64,000 bases of DNA from Anaerolineales bacterium. GTDB taxonomy: Bacteria > Chloroflexota > Anaerolineae > Anaerolineales > UBA11579. Shown here one piece after another: positions 42,876 to 52,007 of the stretch; the stretch's first letter is position 1; the number at the start of each line of letters is the position of its first letter. Location of the stretch: positions 646,174 to 710,173 of the forward strand of contig JAJTXV010000001.1 of the NCBI GenBank assembly GCA_021463845.1. The letters run 5' to 3'. The notes beneath the pieces are model-generated. The model was given only the letters and a program-made list of their open reading frames with translations. It did no database searches and had not been told where the DNA came from. Position numbers and translations under genes: made by a program.

Positions 42876-44510
42876 TTATTGCCCGCTCATTACACCGATC
42901 TCGTCCAGCCCGATCATGTCAAAGTTGCCGCTGGCGCGGGTCTTGGTGCGGGTCGTGCTGGGCGACGGCGTGAAGCCGCCAGCAGGAATATACCCAGCGG
43001 TGTGCGAGTGCCCCTTCACCTGATGGGCTGAGTTGCCAGTGCCGCAGCTGCCGCTGCAGCCCGAGCAGCCGCCCCCGCTGCCCTCGGCCACACGCACACC
43101 GTCACGCGCTTCGCGTTCGATGCGGCAGCCGCCGCCGCACAGCGGCAGGTCCGGGCAGGTCCAGCATTTTTCGGGCAGGCCGTAACCCTTGGGGTCCAGC
43201 TCGCGGTAGCGGAAGCTGCGGAACAGCTCGCCATCCCAGATCTTTTCCCATGGGTCGTGCAGGATGTTGCCGGCCGACACGTAGTACGACTGGCACGGCA
43301 GCACGTTGCCGTTGGGCTCGATGCACAGCGAATACTCGCCGGCGTTGCAGCGCTTGGCGCCAATCTCAAGCTCAACCGGCGACATGCGGCAATACTCAGT
43401 GGGCGTGTACCACAGGAAGCGCATGCCAAGCTCGCGGGCCTTGTCACGCACGCGCACCAGCAAGGCCGGCATCTCTTTCTCGTCAATGGCGTTGGAGTGC
43501 GCAAAACCACCGCCGGAGTAGATGAGGCCATTCATAGCGAAGGTGCGGATGCCGAGCGAATACAGGAACTCAATGATCTCCTCGACATGGCCCATGTTGG
43601 CGCGCATCAGGGTGGTGTTGGTGATCACATGCACCCGGCTGGCGATGGCATTCTCGATACCTTGCACGGTCTGGTGCCAGGCCTTGGCGCCCATCATGGC
43701 GTTGTGTACATCCGGGCGGTTGGAATCGAGCGTGAACTGCACATGGTTCAAGCCGGCCTCAGCCAGCTCTTGCATGTACTCATTGTGGGCAATGTGGCGG
43801 CCGTTGGTGTTGAGGCCGACGACCATGCCGAGCTGATCGGCATAGCGAATGACCTGCGGCAGGTCCGGGTGCAGAGTGGCTTCACCGCCAGTGAGGATCA
43901 GGTGCGGCACGCCCAGCTCGGCCAGGCGGTCGAGCACCGCGTACCATTCATTCAGCGGCAGCGAGGGCATGTTGAGGCGGTCGGCCTCGTTATAGCAGTG
44001 CGGGCACTCGTTGTTGCAGCCATAAGTCAGGGCGATGTCGACTTTGTACGGCGCGTTGACTTCCACGCTGAACATAGGCGACATTTCCAGCGTATCGCTC
44101 AGCTCGCAGGTCGGGCAGTCACCGTCCGGGTGGGCAAAGCCCTCGACCATGTCGTAGATCTGGGTCAGCTCGCGCTCGATCTGGGCCAGCGGCGCCTCAG
44201 GGTGCCAGCCGCCGATGCGGGCGCGAGCTTGCGCCCGCGGCACGCCGTCGAGGGCCATCTTGGCCATCAGGGCGGCGGTGTGGTTGAGGTGGACCACATC
44301 GGTCACATCCACGAACATCACGCCGTTGCCGCTGGGCTCGATGCGTAAGTGAATACGCATGCTGCGCCCATTGGCCATTGCGATGTCATAGGTATGCAAA
44401 CCGGTGCGGGGTTTTTCGGGCTGGGAAAAGGCCGCCAGGAAATTGGCCGTGTCGCTGCGCACTCCCTGCCACAATTTATTGACGGAAGCAGAACGGATAT
44501 CGAGGGCCAT
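42876..44510 (-). CDS. Radical SAM/SPASM enzyme with N-terminal PqqD/RRE-like domain and Cys/Ser/Gly-rich C-terminal extension
   Basis: 544 aa. CNNECPHC is the CxxxCxxC motif and LILTGGEATL is the GGE motif. The SPASM motifs are C..8..CIEPNGNVLPC and CWTCPDLPLCGGGC. The N-terminal ~130 aa resemble PqqD/RRE domains (VVHLNHTAALMAKMAL...). About 85 aa extend beyond SPASM and contain GSGGGCSGCSGSCGTG. Confidence 0.85.
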   Translation of the reverse strand: MALDIRSASVNKLWQGVRSDTANFLAAFSQPEKPRTGLHTYDIAMANGRSMRIHLRIEPSGNGVMFVDVTDVVHLNHTAALMAKMALDGVPRAQARARIGGWHPEAPLAQIERELTQIYDMVEGFAHPDGDCPTCELSDTLEMSPMFSVEVNAPYKVDIALTYGCNNECPHCYNEADRLNMPSLPLNEWYAVLDRLAELGVPHLILTGGEATLHPDLPQVIRYADQLGMVVGLNTNGRHIAHNEYMQELAEAGLNHVQFTLDSNRPDVHNAMMGAKAWHQTVQGIENAIASRVHVITNTTLMRANMGHVEEIIEFLYSLGIRTFAMNGLIYSGGGFAHSNAIDEKEMPALLVRVRDKARELGMRFLWYTPTEYCRMSPVELEIGAKRCNAGEYSLCIEPNGNVLPCQSYYVSAGNILHDPWEKIWDGELFRSFRYRELDPKGYGLPEKCWTCPDLPLCGGGCRIEREARDGVRVAEGSGGGCSGCSGSCGTGNSAHQVKGHSHTAGYIPAGGFTPSPSTTRTKTRASGNFDMIGLDEIGVMSGQ

Positions 44511-44550
44511 AGATGAAAGTATATATGATTAATCGACGGAGTGACTAACA

Positions 44551-44568
44551 GACTAGTCAACTAGTCAG
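44551..44568. promoter_or_regulatory. Tandem ACTAGTCA / palindromic GACTAGTC motif in the divergent promoter region
   Basis: GACTAGTCAACTAGTCAG lies 3 nt upstream of TATAAT (44572-44577). It sits between the radical SAM gene (minus strand) and the methyltransferase gene (plus strand). Confidence 0.4.
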
Positions 44569-44586
44569 CCATATAATCCCTGAACG

Positions 44587-45318
44587 ATGCAACCTGCCCT
44601 CGCACACCAGCGCTATACCCAGCAAGCCGCCTGGACCGCCCCAGCCCGCCGCCACCTGCTGGCGGCGGCCGGGCTGCCGAATGCGCGCCGCATACTGGAG
44701 GTGGGCTGCGGCACAGGCGCCATCCTGCGCGGCGTAGCCATGCCGCCGGGCGGCCGTCTGCATGCGCTGGACATAGACCGCGCCGCCCTCACGCTGGCCC
44801 GCCAGCACGCGCCGCAGGCGCACCTGGCGGCGGGCGACGCGCATACCCTGCCCTACCCTCACGCCAGCTTTGACATTGCCTATTGTCATTTTGTGCTGCT
44901 ATGGCTGGCAGACCCAGAACGCGGTCTGGCTGAGATGCGCCGCGTGGTGCGGCCCGGCGGCGCGGTGCTGGCATTGGCCGAGCCGGACTACAGCCAGCGC
45001 AGCGACGAGCCAGCCGAACTGGCCGCGCTGGGGCATGCGCAGACCGAAGCCCTGCGCGCCCGCGGCGCTGACCCCGCTGCGGGCGGCCAACTGCCTGCGT
45101 TGTTTGCGGCGGCCGGGCTGCACATCGTCGACGCCGGGCCGCTGCAAGTCAGCAGCCCGGCCGCAGAAGGCGAAGCCAGCACGCTGCGCGTCGACCTGAG
45201 CGGGCATGTGCCCGCCGAGCAGCTGGAGCGATGGCTAGCGCAGGACGCTGCGGCCTGGGCAGCGGGCACGCGCAGGCTACATGTGCCCACCTACTACGCC
45301 TTCGGGCGGGTGCGGTAG
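44587..45318 (+). CDS. Class I SAM-dependent methyltransferase
   Basis: 243 aa. Motif I is ILEVGCGTGAILRG, followed by the post-I region and FDIAYCHFVLLWLADPERGLAEMRRVVRPGGAVL. Confidence 0.85.
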   Translation: MQPALAHQRYTQQAAWTAPARRHLLAAAGLPNARRILEVGCGTGAILRGVAMPPGGRLHALDIDRAALTLARQHAPQAHLAAGDAHTLPYPHASFDIAYCHFVLLWLADPERGLAEMRRVVRPGGAVLALAEPDYSQRSDEPAELAALGHAQTEALRARGADPAAGGQLPALFAAAGLHIVDAGPLQVSSPAAEGEASTLRVDLSGHVPAEQLERWLAQDAAAWAAGTRRLHVPTYYAFGRVR

Positions 45319-45369
45319 CGCTGAAACCTAATTGCCGCCCAGGCGTATAATCAGTCAGACGGAGGCTTC

Positions 45370-46023
45370 ATGTTCAAAGACAGCCGCAACATTCTTGGAA
45401 TCGTACTTATCCTGGCCGGAGCCTTTCTGGCGCTCGAGCAGTTTGACCTGATCCCTGGCTCAGCGCGGGATGGATTCTTCGGCGTGCTGTTGGCCATCGC
45501 CGCGATCGCGCTGCTCTCGCTGTTCCTGGCCGACCGCAGCCGCTGGTGGGCCGTGATGGTGGGCTGCTTCGTTTCCGGCCTGGCCCTCATAAGCCTGCTG
45601 GGCACCTTCCTGCCGGAAGTGAGCGAAACCCTCGGTGGGCCGATCTTCCTGGGCTTTATGGGCTTGGGCTTCCTTTCGGTATTCACTTTGAATCGCGAAA
45701 TGTGGTGGGCGCTGATCCCTGGCGGAGTGATGTTCTCGCTGGCTGCGGTCGCTTATTTTGAAAGCCTGCCGGGCAACCTGCCTTTTGATCCTGCTGGCCT
45801 GCTCTTCATTGGCCTGGGCCTCACCTTCATTGTGCTATCAACGGTCAAAGTCGGCAATCTTCGCCTTGGCTGGGGCGTGTACCCCGGCATCCCGCTGCTG
45901 CTGTTCGGCCTTATGCTGGCGCTGGGCTCGGAAGCGCTGTGGTCCTATATCGGCCCGCTGATGCTGATCGCGGGCGGTGCGTGGCTGCTATACAGCTCTC
46001 TGCGAAACAAAAGCGGCGCCTAG
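45370..46023 (+). CDS. Integral membrane protein with internal duplication
   Basis: 217 aa and about 8 hydrophobic segments. Repeated half-motifs are DRSRWWAVMVG and NREMWWALIPG. GGAGG lies upstream. Confidence 0.6.
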   Translation: MFKDSRNILGIVLILAGAFLALEQFDLIPGSARDGFFGVLLAIAAIALLSLFLADRSRWWAVMVGCFVSGLALISLLGTFLPEVSETLGGPIFLGFMGLGFLSVFTLNREMWWALIPGGVMFSLAAVAYFESLPGNLPFDPAGLLFIGLGLTFIVLSTVKVGNLRLGWGVYPGIPLLLFGLMLALGSEALWSYIGPLMLIAGGAWLLYSSLRNKSGA

Positions 46024-46034
46024 GCGCCGCTTTT
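46009..46034. terminator. Bidirectional terminator
   Basis: AAAAGCGGCGCC-TA-GGCGCCGCTTTT, followed by TTG. Confidence 0.8.
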
Positions 46035-46054
46035 TTGTTCGCTTGTTTCTAAGT

Positions 46055-46834
46055 TTAATCGATTGACTCTGCAATGCGCACGAGCTCGCGCAGTGGCAGA
46101 TTGGCCTCGATGCGATAGGTCAGCTCACCCATCTGCCAGATCAAAGCCGGAGCCTGTACTAAAACGCCTCTGTATGTTTCGTTGTGCGTACTCAGGAAAT
46201 GGTCGCCAATCACTAGCGCACCCAAACTGTCGTGCACCCATAGCCGTTCCACCACCTCAGGCTCATCCTTATGCAAGCGCACGCTCGGGCCTAAGATGTA
46301 GAGTGCCGTCTCAACCTTATCGGCATTCTCGTCGTCCAGCCACACCAGGATCACGTAACGCGCATCCACTTCGCCCTGCAAGTAGACTTTGTCCGGTTCA
46401 CCCAACCCTGCAGGGTAACGAGGCAGCGTGATCTCAAAGCCGGCTTGCTGGCGCACTTGTGCCAGCGTCAGCGCGCCGCTCAAATCAGCCAGCGGCACGA
46501 TCTCGCCATATTGCCCAAGCGCTTTGGCCAGGGGTTTCGTTGTGCTCAATTTGGAAACTCCCTCCGCCGGGAGGTTGATGTGCACGCCGCCCACCTGCAG
46601 CGCGGCCAGCACACGGGCGCGCACATCCGGCACGGCCAGCAGGCTGGCCGCCAGCGCCAGCACGGCTGCGGCGGCCCAGGCCAGCCGCGGCAGTGGGTGC
46701 GTGCGGCGCAATGCCGCACGCGGTGCGGGCTGTGGCGAAATTTGCGCTGCAATATCCGGCGTAGCTGGATATTGCAAGCCGCGCCCGGCCTGCTGCAGTG
46801 AAACTTCCAGATGAGCCAGCCTGCGGTCATCCAT
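46055..46834 (-). CDS. Anti-sigma factor-like single-pass membrane protein
   Basis: 259 aa. A short cytoplasmic N-terminus precedes one TM (LAWAAAAVLALAASLLAV) and an extracytoplasmic domain. It overlaps the stop of the upstream ECF sigma gene by 8 nt. Confidence 0.6.
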   Translation of the reverse strand: MDDRRLAHLEVSLQQAGRGLQYPATPDIAAQISPQPAPRAALRRTHPLPRLAWAAAAVLALAASLLAVPDVRARVLAALQVGGVHINLPAEGVSKLSTTKPLAKALGQYGEIVPLADLSGALTLAQVRQQAGFEITLPRYPAGLGEPDKVYLQGEVDARYVILVWLDDENADKVETALYILGPSVRLHKDEPEVVERLWVHDSLGALVIGDHFLSTHNETYRGVLVQAPALIWQMGELTYRIEANLPLRELVRIAESID

Positions 46835-47411
46835 GGCGGTCCTCCTCCAACTGCGGAAACTCTGAACGAATGATCTCGTGCAATTTTTGCAGAGCTCGGT
46901 GCGTCTGCGACTTCACTGTGCCGGTGGCCTGGCCCAGCGCCTCGGCAGTCTCCTCCACCGAAAGCTGCATGAAGTAACGCAGATAGATCACGCTCTGCAG
47001 GCGGGCCGGCAGTGTGCGCACCGCGCTCCATAGCTCATGGGCCTGCTGCGCGGCTTCGCTGCCGGCCTGCGGTCCCTCGGCCGCTTGCGGCTGCTGGCGG
47101 GCTGCCCGCTGCAGCGCGGCCCAATAGCGGCTGGCGCTACGCTGGCGGTTGCGCGCCAGGTTGGATACGATGCGCAGTAGCCAAGGCCGCAGCGGCCGCT
47201 GGGCGTCAAAGCGGCCGAGGTGCTTGTAGGCGCGCACGAAGCAATCCTGCGCGGCGTCCTGAGCCTCGGCCGCATCGCCCAGGTGCAAATACGCCAGGCG
47301 GAACACAGCCTCCTGGTGCAGGCGCACGAGTTCGGCCCAGGCGGCCTGGTCACCGCGGCGGGCTAGGGCTACGACGTTGGCTTCATCCAAACATTGCCTC
47401 GAGGCGGTCAT
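46827..47411 (-). CDS. ECF-type RNA polymerase sigma-70 family factor
   Basis: Region 2 (AF..L...H...V.RLAY..LGD..EAQDAAQD.FVRAY) and region 4 (VIYLRYF..LSVEETAEALG...GTVKSQ.HRAL.KL). The start is set at MTASRQ. Confidence 0.85.
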   Translation of the reverse strand: MTASRQCLDEANVVALARRGDQAAWAELVRLHQEAVFRLAYLHLGDAAEAQDAAQDCFVRAYKHLGRFDAQRPLRPWLLRIVSNLARNRQRSASRYWAALQRAARQQPQAAEGPQAGSEAAQQAHELWSAVRTLPARLQSVIYLRYFMQLSVEETAEALGQATGTVKSQTHRALQKLHEIIRSEFPQLEEDRHG

Positions 47412-47533
47412 GAAGACCGCTAGCACTGATACTACCCCGCTGCCCTCGTGCAGGTTCCCATCCCGGCACTTTGCTATATAATTCAACTAATTACGAACTT
47501 CACAAAAGTTCTATCACTACCCAAGGAGCTCCA

Positions 47534-48586
47534 ATGGCAACACGAGCTGCGGCCCGCAAGACCGCAAAGACCCACCCCATCCCGCTGGTCAAGCGCTGGC
47601 AGATGGTTCTAAATGGCTGCAACATCCCCCAACTTGAACTTGCCGATGGCCTCACCCGCTGGCTGGTGATCTCACGAGCTTGCGTGTTCTCGATGTCGTT
47701 CACGTCTGGCATGCTGGGCTTGCTAATTGCGGCCGAGCAGGTGGGCATCGGCAATGTGGACTGGCTGCTGGGCTTCCTGGCCGTGATCGGCATTGTGGCC
47801 GCCCATGCCTCCAACAACCTGCTCAACGATTATTTTGACGTGCGCCAAGGTGTTGACACTGAAGATTATCCGCGTGCACAGTACAGCGTGCATCCCATCC
47901 TGGGTGGTCTCACCACCCCCAAGGGTTTGCTGCTGGCCGCCGGCCTGCTGAACCTGGTGGACCTCGCCATCATGCTGTACTTGTACAGCCAGCGCGGCGT
48001 CCTGATCGTTGGCTTTGCACTGGCCGGCTTGCTGCTGAGCCTGCTCTACACCAGCGTGCTGAAGCGTGCCGGCCTGGGCGAGCTGACCGCCCTGGTGGTA
48101 TGGGGTCCGCTGATGATCGGCGGCACCGCTTTCGCTGCCTCGGGCGTGATCTCCCCCGCCATCTGGGTGCTCTCGCTGCCCTACGGCCTCATCGTGGCCT
48201 CGGTGCTGATCGGCAAGCACATCGACAAGATCAAGCCCGACAAGAAAGTGGGCGTGAACTCGGTGCCGGTGCTGCTGGGCGAGAAGCGCTCCCTGCAGCT
48301 CAACAAGGTCACCTTCATCATCTTCTATATCCTGATCATTGCCATGGTGGTGCTGAAATACACCGGCCCCTGGGTACTGCTGACCTTCCTGGCGATCCCG
48401 CGCCTGCGCCAGACCTGGAAGGCCTACTCCGAGCCCAAGCCGGCCAAGCCCCCCGCGGGCTGGACAGTATGGCCGCTGTGGTACGTGAGCTGGGCCATGC
48501 TGTTCAACCGCAAGGCCGGCGAGTTCTTTACGCTGGGCCTGCTGCTGAATCTGGCTACTCCGTACGTGATGGGGTTATTTAGCTAA
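47534..48586 (+). CDS. UbiA-superfamily prenyltransferase (MenA-like)
   Basis: About 350 aa with 8-9 TM segments. The Asp-rich motif is NNLLNDYFDVRQGVD. AAGGAG lies 6 nt before ATG 47534. Confidence 0.8.
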   Translation: MATRAAARKTAKTHPIPLVKRWQMVLNGCNIPQLELADGLTRWLVISRACVFSMSFTSGMLGLLIAAEQVGIGNVDWLLGFLAVIGIVAAHASNNLLNDYFDVRQGVDTEDYPRAQYSVHPILGGLTTPKGLLLAAGLLNLVDLAIMLYLYSQRGVLIVGFALAGLLLSLLYTSVLKRAGLGELTALVVWGPLMIGGTAFAASGVISPAIWVLSLPYGLIVASVLIGKHIDKIKPDKKVGVNSVPVLLGEKRSLQLNKVTFIIFYILIIAMVVLKYTGPWVLLTFLAIPRLRQTWKAYSEPKPAKPPAGWTVWPLWYVSWAMLFNRKAGEFFTLGLLLNLATPYVMGLFS

Positions 48587-48589
48587 GAC

Positions 48590-50016
48590 GTGCTCAGGTA
48601 TACCAAGACCAGACAAGGTTTCTGGGACGCAGTGCATGCAAAAGCTAGCCGGAGTTTCCGGCTAGCTTTGCATTATCACAGGCAGCTTGCGCGGCACTAC
48701 CAGGCCCTGGTGCCCAAAGGCCAGCGCGTGCTGGAGCTGGGCTGCGGCGACGGCAAGCTACTGGCCGCGCTGGAGCCAGGCTTCGGGGTTGGCGTAGACT
48801 TCAGCAGCGCCGCGGTGCAGGCCGCCCGCAAGGCGCACCCGCACCTGCATTGGGTGCAGGCCGATGTCCACAGCCTGCCGCTGCAGGGGCGCTTTGACGT
48901 CATCATCCTGTCTGACCTGCTGAACGATGTGTGGGATGCCCAGCTTTTGCTGGAGCGGCTGCGGGCTCTTTGCCATACGCGCACGCGCATCATCATCAAC
49001 TCGCACAGCCGGCTGTGGCAGCTGCCGCTCTCCGCAGCAGAAGCGTTTGGCCTTAAAAAGAAAGTGCTGACACAGAACTGGTTCACTACAGAAGACGCTG
49101 TCAATCTGCTGGACCTGGCCAGTTATCAACCCGTTAAAGGCAGCCGCGAAATTCTGCTGCCACTGAACATTCCTTTGCTCACTGACTTCTTGAACAGCTT
49201 TCTGGTGAAGCTCCCTTTTTTTAGCGTGTTTGCGCTCACCAACTACATTGTGGCCCGGCCGCTGGATGCAGGCCCGCGGGTTGGCGCCAGCACGCCACCC
49301 AGCGTTTCGGTGATCATCCCGGCCCGCAATGAAGCGGGCAACATCGCCGAGATCTTCCGGCGCGTGCCGGCGCTGGGCAGCCACACCGAGCTCATCTTCG
49401 TCGAAGGCCACTCCAAGGACGATACCTACGCAGTGATCGAGCAGGAGATCAAGCGGCATCCGCACATCAAGGCCCAACTGCTGAAGCAAACCGGGATCGG
49501 CAAAGCCAACGCATCATGGCAGGGTTTTGCGGCCGCCAGCAACGATGTGTTGATGATCCTGGATTCTGATCTCTCGGTACCGCCCGAGGATCTGCAGCGC
49601 TTCTATGACGCCATCGCTGCCAATAAGGGCGAATTCATCAACGGCACGCGCCTGGTCTACCCCATGGAGCAGAACGCCATGCGCACGGCAACCTGATCGG
49701 CAACAAAGCCTTCAGCCTGATCTTCTCCTGGCTGCTAGGCCAGACGGTCAAGGACACCTTGTGCGGCACCAAGGTGCTGTATCGCGAGGACTTTGAACTA
49801 CTCAAGCGTGAATACACGCTGTTCAGCAAAGTGGACCCGTTTGGAGATTTTGACTTGCTGTTTGGAGCGACCAAACTCAACTTGCGCATCGTCGACCTCC
49901 CCATCCGTTACCGCGAACGCGTCTATGGGCAGACCAACATTCAGCGCTGGCGGCACGGCGTAATGCTCCTGCGCATCACGGTCGCCGCAACACTCTCGCA
50001 GAAATTCGTGGCATGA
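48590..50016 (+). pseudogene. Methyltransferase-glycosyltransferase family 2 fusion, interrupted by a frameshift near 49682-49690
   Basis: The N-terminal methyltransferase part has VLELGCGDGKLL and the GT2 part has VSVIIPARNE...DSD. The frame stops at TGA 49694. The -1 frame continues without a stop as ..GNLIGNKAFSLIFSWLLGQTVKDTLCGTKVLYRED...DPFGDFDLLFGA...PIRYRERVYGQTNI to 50016. Confidence 0.75.
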
Positions 50017-52007
50017 AACCCAAACAAAACGCAATCCGCGTTGATACCAAAGAGTCGAAGTGGCATACAAAGCTGCTATTAGTCTCCGCAGCCTTGTTCT
50101 TAACTGTCCAGACATACCTGACACTGGCTCCCTTCCTGGTCAGAGAGCTACCCGTTGAAGCGGACGACGCATACTCCTACATTCAGAAGGCAGAGCAAAT
50201 GCGCACCTGCTTTCTCCAAGATTGTGAAGCGCTGGCTAACCTACAAGAGCAGTTGCTTGCACCATCTGACCAGGAAAGCGTCAGCGCACAGCAAATCCGG
50301 CAATATCACCGCCTCTTTGTTATCTATCACCCGTTGCACTCAGTCCTCCTGCTTGCTTTGGGCGGGCTGGGCTTTAGTTTTGAGACGGCATATTTGCTTT
50401 TAGCAGTGACTACGAAGCTTTTTCTGTCAGTAGGGATCGTCTACTGGCTCTCCACATTGTTCAAACACTCGGTCAGCGCGATAGCAGTGTTACTGCTCAT
50501 ACCCGTGGTGTACATAGGCACAGGCATCCATACCATCGTTCCAAGCTCTATGGCATTGGCGCTTGCTTTATGGCTTTGGGCATTCGTGATCAGGCGTAAA
50601 CACAATATTCAAGCAATTTTCATCCTGCTTTCTCTAAGCATGATTGTTTTTCACCAAGCAGGCAAACTGTACGCTGGCGTTGCGCTTGGCCTGTATATCC
50701 TACTTAACCTCCCACTAATGAAAGAGAGGCGGCAGCAACTCTTTGTGGCTGGGATAGGTTTGCTAATTGGAGTCTCGCTGCTATTGCCTTATCTGCTCAC
50801 CAAGCCACAACTAAATTTCGATCCGACAAGCTTCTACCCTTTTGATTGGGACCTGCTGGCTGAGATCATCCCAGCCAGTGCGTACCCAATTGATATCATG
50901 ACAACATGGCTCTGGGCGTTCAGCTTTCCAATTGTTGGGGCGCTGCTACTCCTGGTTGGCTTACATGGCGCGTGGCAGCAGAAGAGACGGGCAGCTCTTT
51001 ACATGGCCGCTTTACTCACGCTATTGGCAGCTGTAAGCATGCTTTATGTGGTTCCCTGGTTTGGCGCCTTATTTTTTGAACGCGCCTGGGTACCCTTGGC
51101 TATCCTTCTGACTGGTTTCGTGGCACTGGGTATTCACGCCGCTATAACCCAGTTGCCTGCTGCTCTAGCAAATCTTAAGCAGCGAAATCTCAGAGCCCTG
51201 TATCGCCAGCCCATTCTGCTTGCTGGAGCCACCATGGCCTTGGTTGCAGCAGCCAGCATCACCTACCCTCAATTCTACGCTCGCCACTACGGGCTTACTC
51301 TCCACAATCAAATCGATCGCCAGGATTTCTCTTTTAGCCAGGAGCAACCGCAAGACCTATTTTCGCTGCGGATCCTGCCAGGAGAGTTTGTTCTGTATTC
51401 GCACGAGCTGCCGCTTTACTATTACCTCACGTATGGCGGCCTGGCACATGGTGCGATTTTCCTGCCAGTTATACAAGGCACTCCTGAAGAGGAGTACTGG
51501 TTGGCAGAGCACGCAGAAGACATTCGCTACTTAGCTGCCCTGTCTCCTGTACCTGAGCGAAAAGGCATCCCAATGGAAGGCGAAGTTAGGATCTCGACGC
51601 CAAGTACAAACAAGATCATCGCAGATATTGTTCAGATATACATCACTAGCCTTGACGCAGACGCCAGATTGGATGTGCGCCTACAGCAAGGAGATGAAAG
51701 CATCTCCTTGCCAGTGACCATTCCAGCAGGCTTCCAAGGCTGGCTTGAGCTTGCAACTTCAGTGGAAGCCGACGAGATTTTGCTTTCTACAAACACGCAA
51801 CTCCGCATTTCAGGTTTGCGAGTAGGCAGTGAGCAGCACACATATTGGCCATGGCAGGCTGGCATCAGTATGCAAGTTGGCTTGGACTCTGAAGTCACCC
51901 AATATGATTTCAGGCCGTCATCGCTACTGCCAGACGCCGGTTTCAACGTAGAAGTTCTTGACGATGAAGGCTCAATCATTCTTGCAGAGCTGAGTGCGGC
52001 AAAATGA
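50013..52007 (+). CDS. Large polytopic membrane protein, GT-C-fold glycosyltransferase-like, with soluble C-terminal domain
   Basis: 664 aa with more than 12 hydrophobic segments. The acidic motif EADDAYSY follows the first TM. G+C is lower, and the ATGA start overlaps the upstream stop. Confidence 0.6.
   Translation: MKPKQNAIRVDTKESKWHTKLLLVSAALFLTVQTYLTLAPFLVRELPVEADDAYSYIQKAEQMRTCFLQDCEALANLQEQLLAPSDQESVSAQQIRQYHRLFVIYHPLHSVLLLALGGLGFSFETAYLLLAVTTKLFLSVGIVYWLSTLFKHSVSAIAVLLLIPVVYIGTGIHTIVPSSMALALALWLWAFVIRRKHNIQAIFILLSLSMIVFHQAGKLYAGVALGLYILLNLPLMKERRQQLFVAGIGLLIGVSLLLPYLLTKPQLNFDPTSFYPFDWDLLAEIIPASAYPIDIMTTWLWAFSFPIVGALLLLVGLHGAWQQKRRAALYMAALLTLLAAVSMLYVVPWFGALFFERAWVPLAILLTGFVALGIHAAITQLPAALANLKQRNLRALYRQPILLAGATMALVAAASITYPQFYARHYGLTLHNQIDRQDFSFSQEQPQDLFSLRILPGEFVLYSHELPLYYYLTYGGLAHGAIFLPVIQGTPEEEYWLAEHAEDIRYLAALSPVPERKGIPMEGEVRISTPSTNKIIADIVQIYITSLDADARLDVRLQQGDESISLPVTIPAGFQGWLELATSVEADEILLSTNTQLRISGLRVGSEQHTYWPWQAGISMQVGLDSEVTQYDFRPSSLLPDAGFNVEVLDDEGSIILAELSAAK

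Noticed and set aside
47412-47533. ECF-type autoregulated promoter upstream of the sigma factor gene (GGGAACC...TAGTAT on the minus strand)
   Set aside because: Only the GGAAC-like -35 is convincing. The -10 does not match the usual CGTC-type ECF element, and the spacing is ambiguous. That is too weak to annotate.
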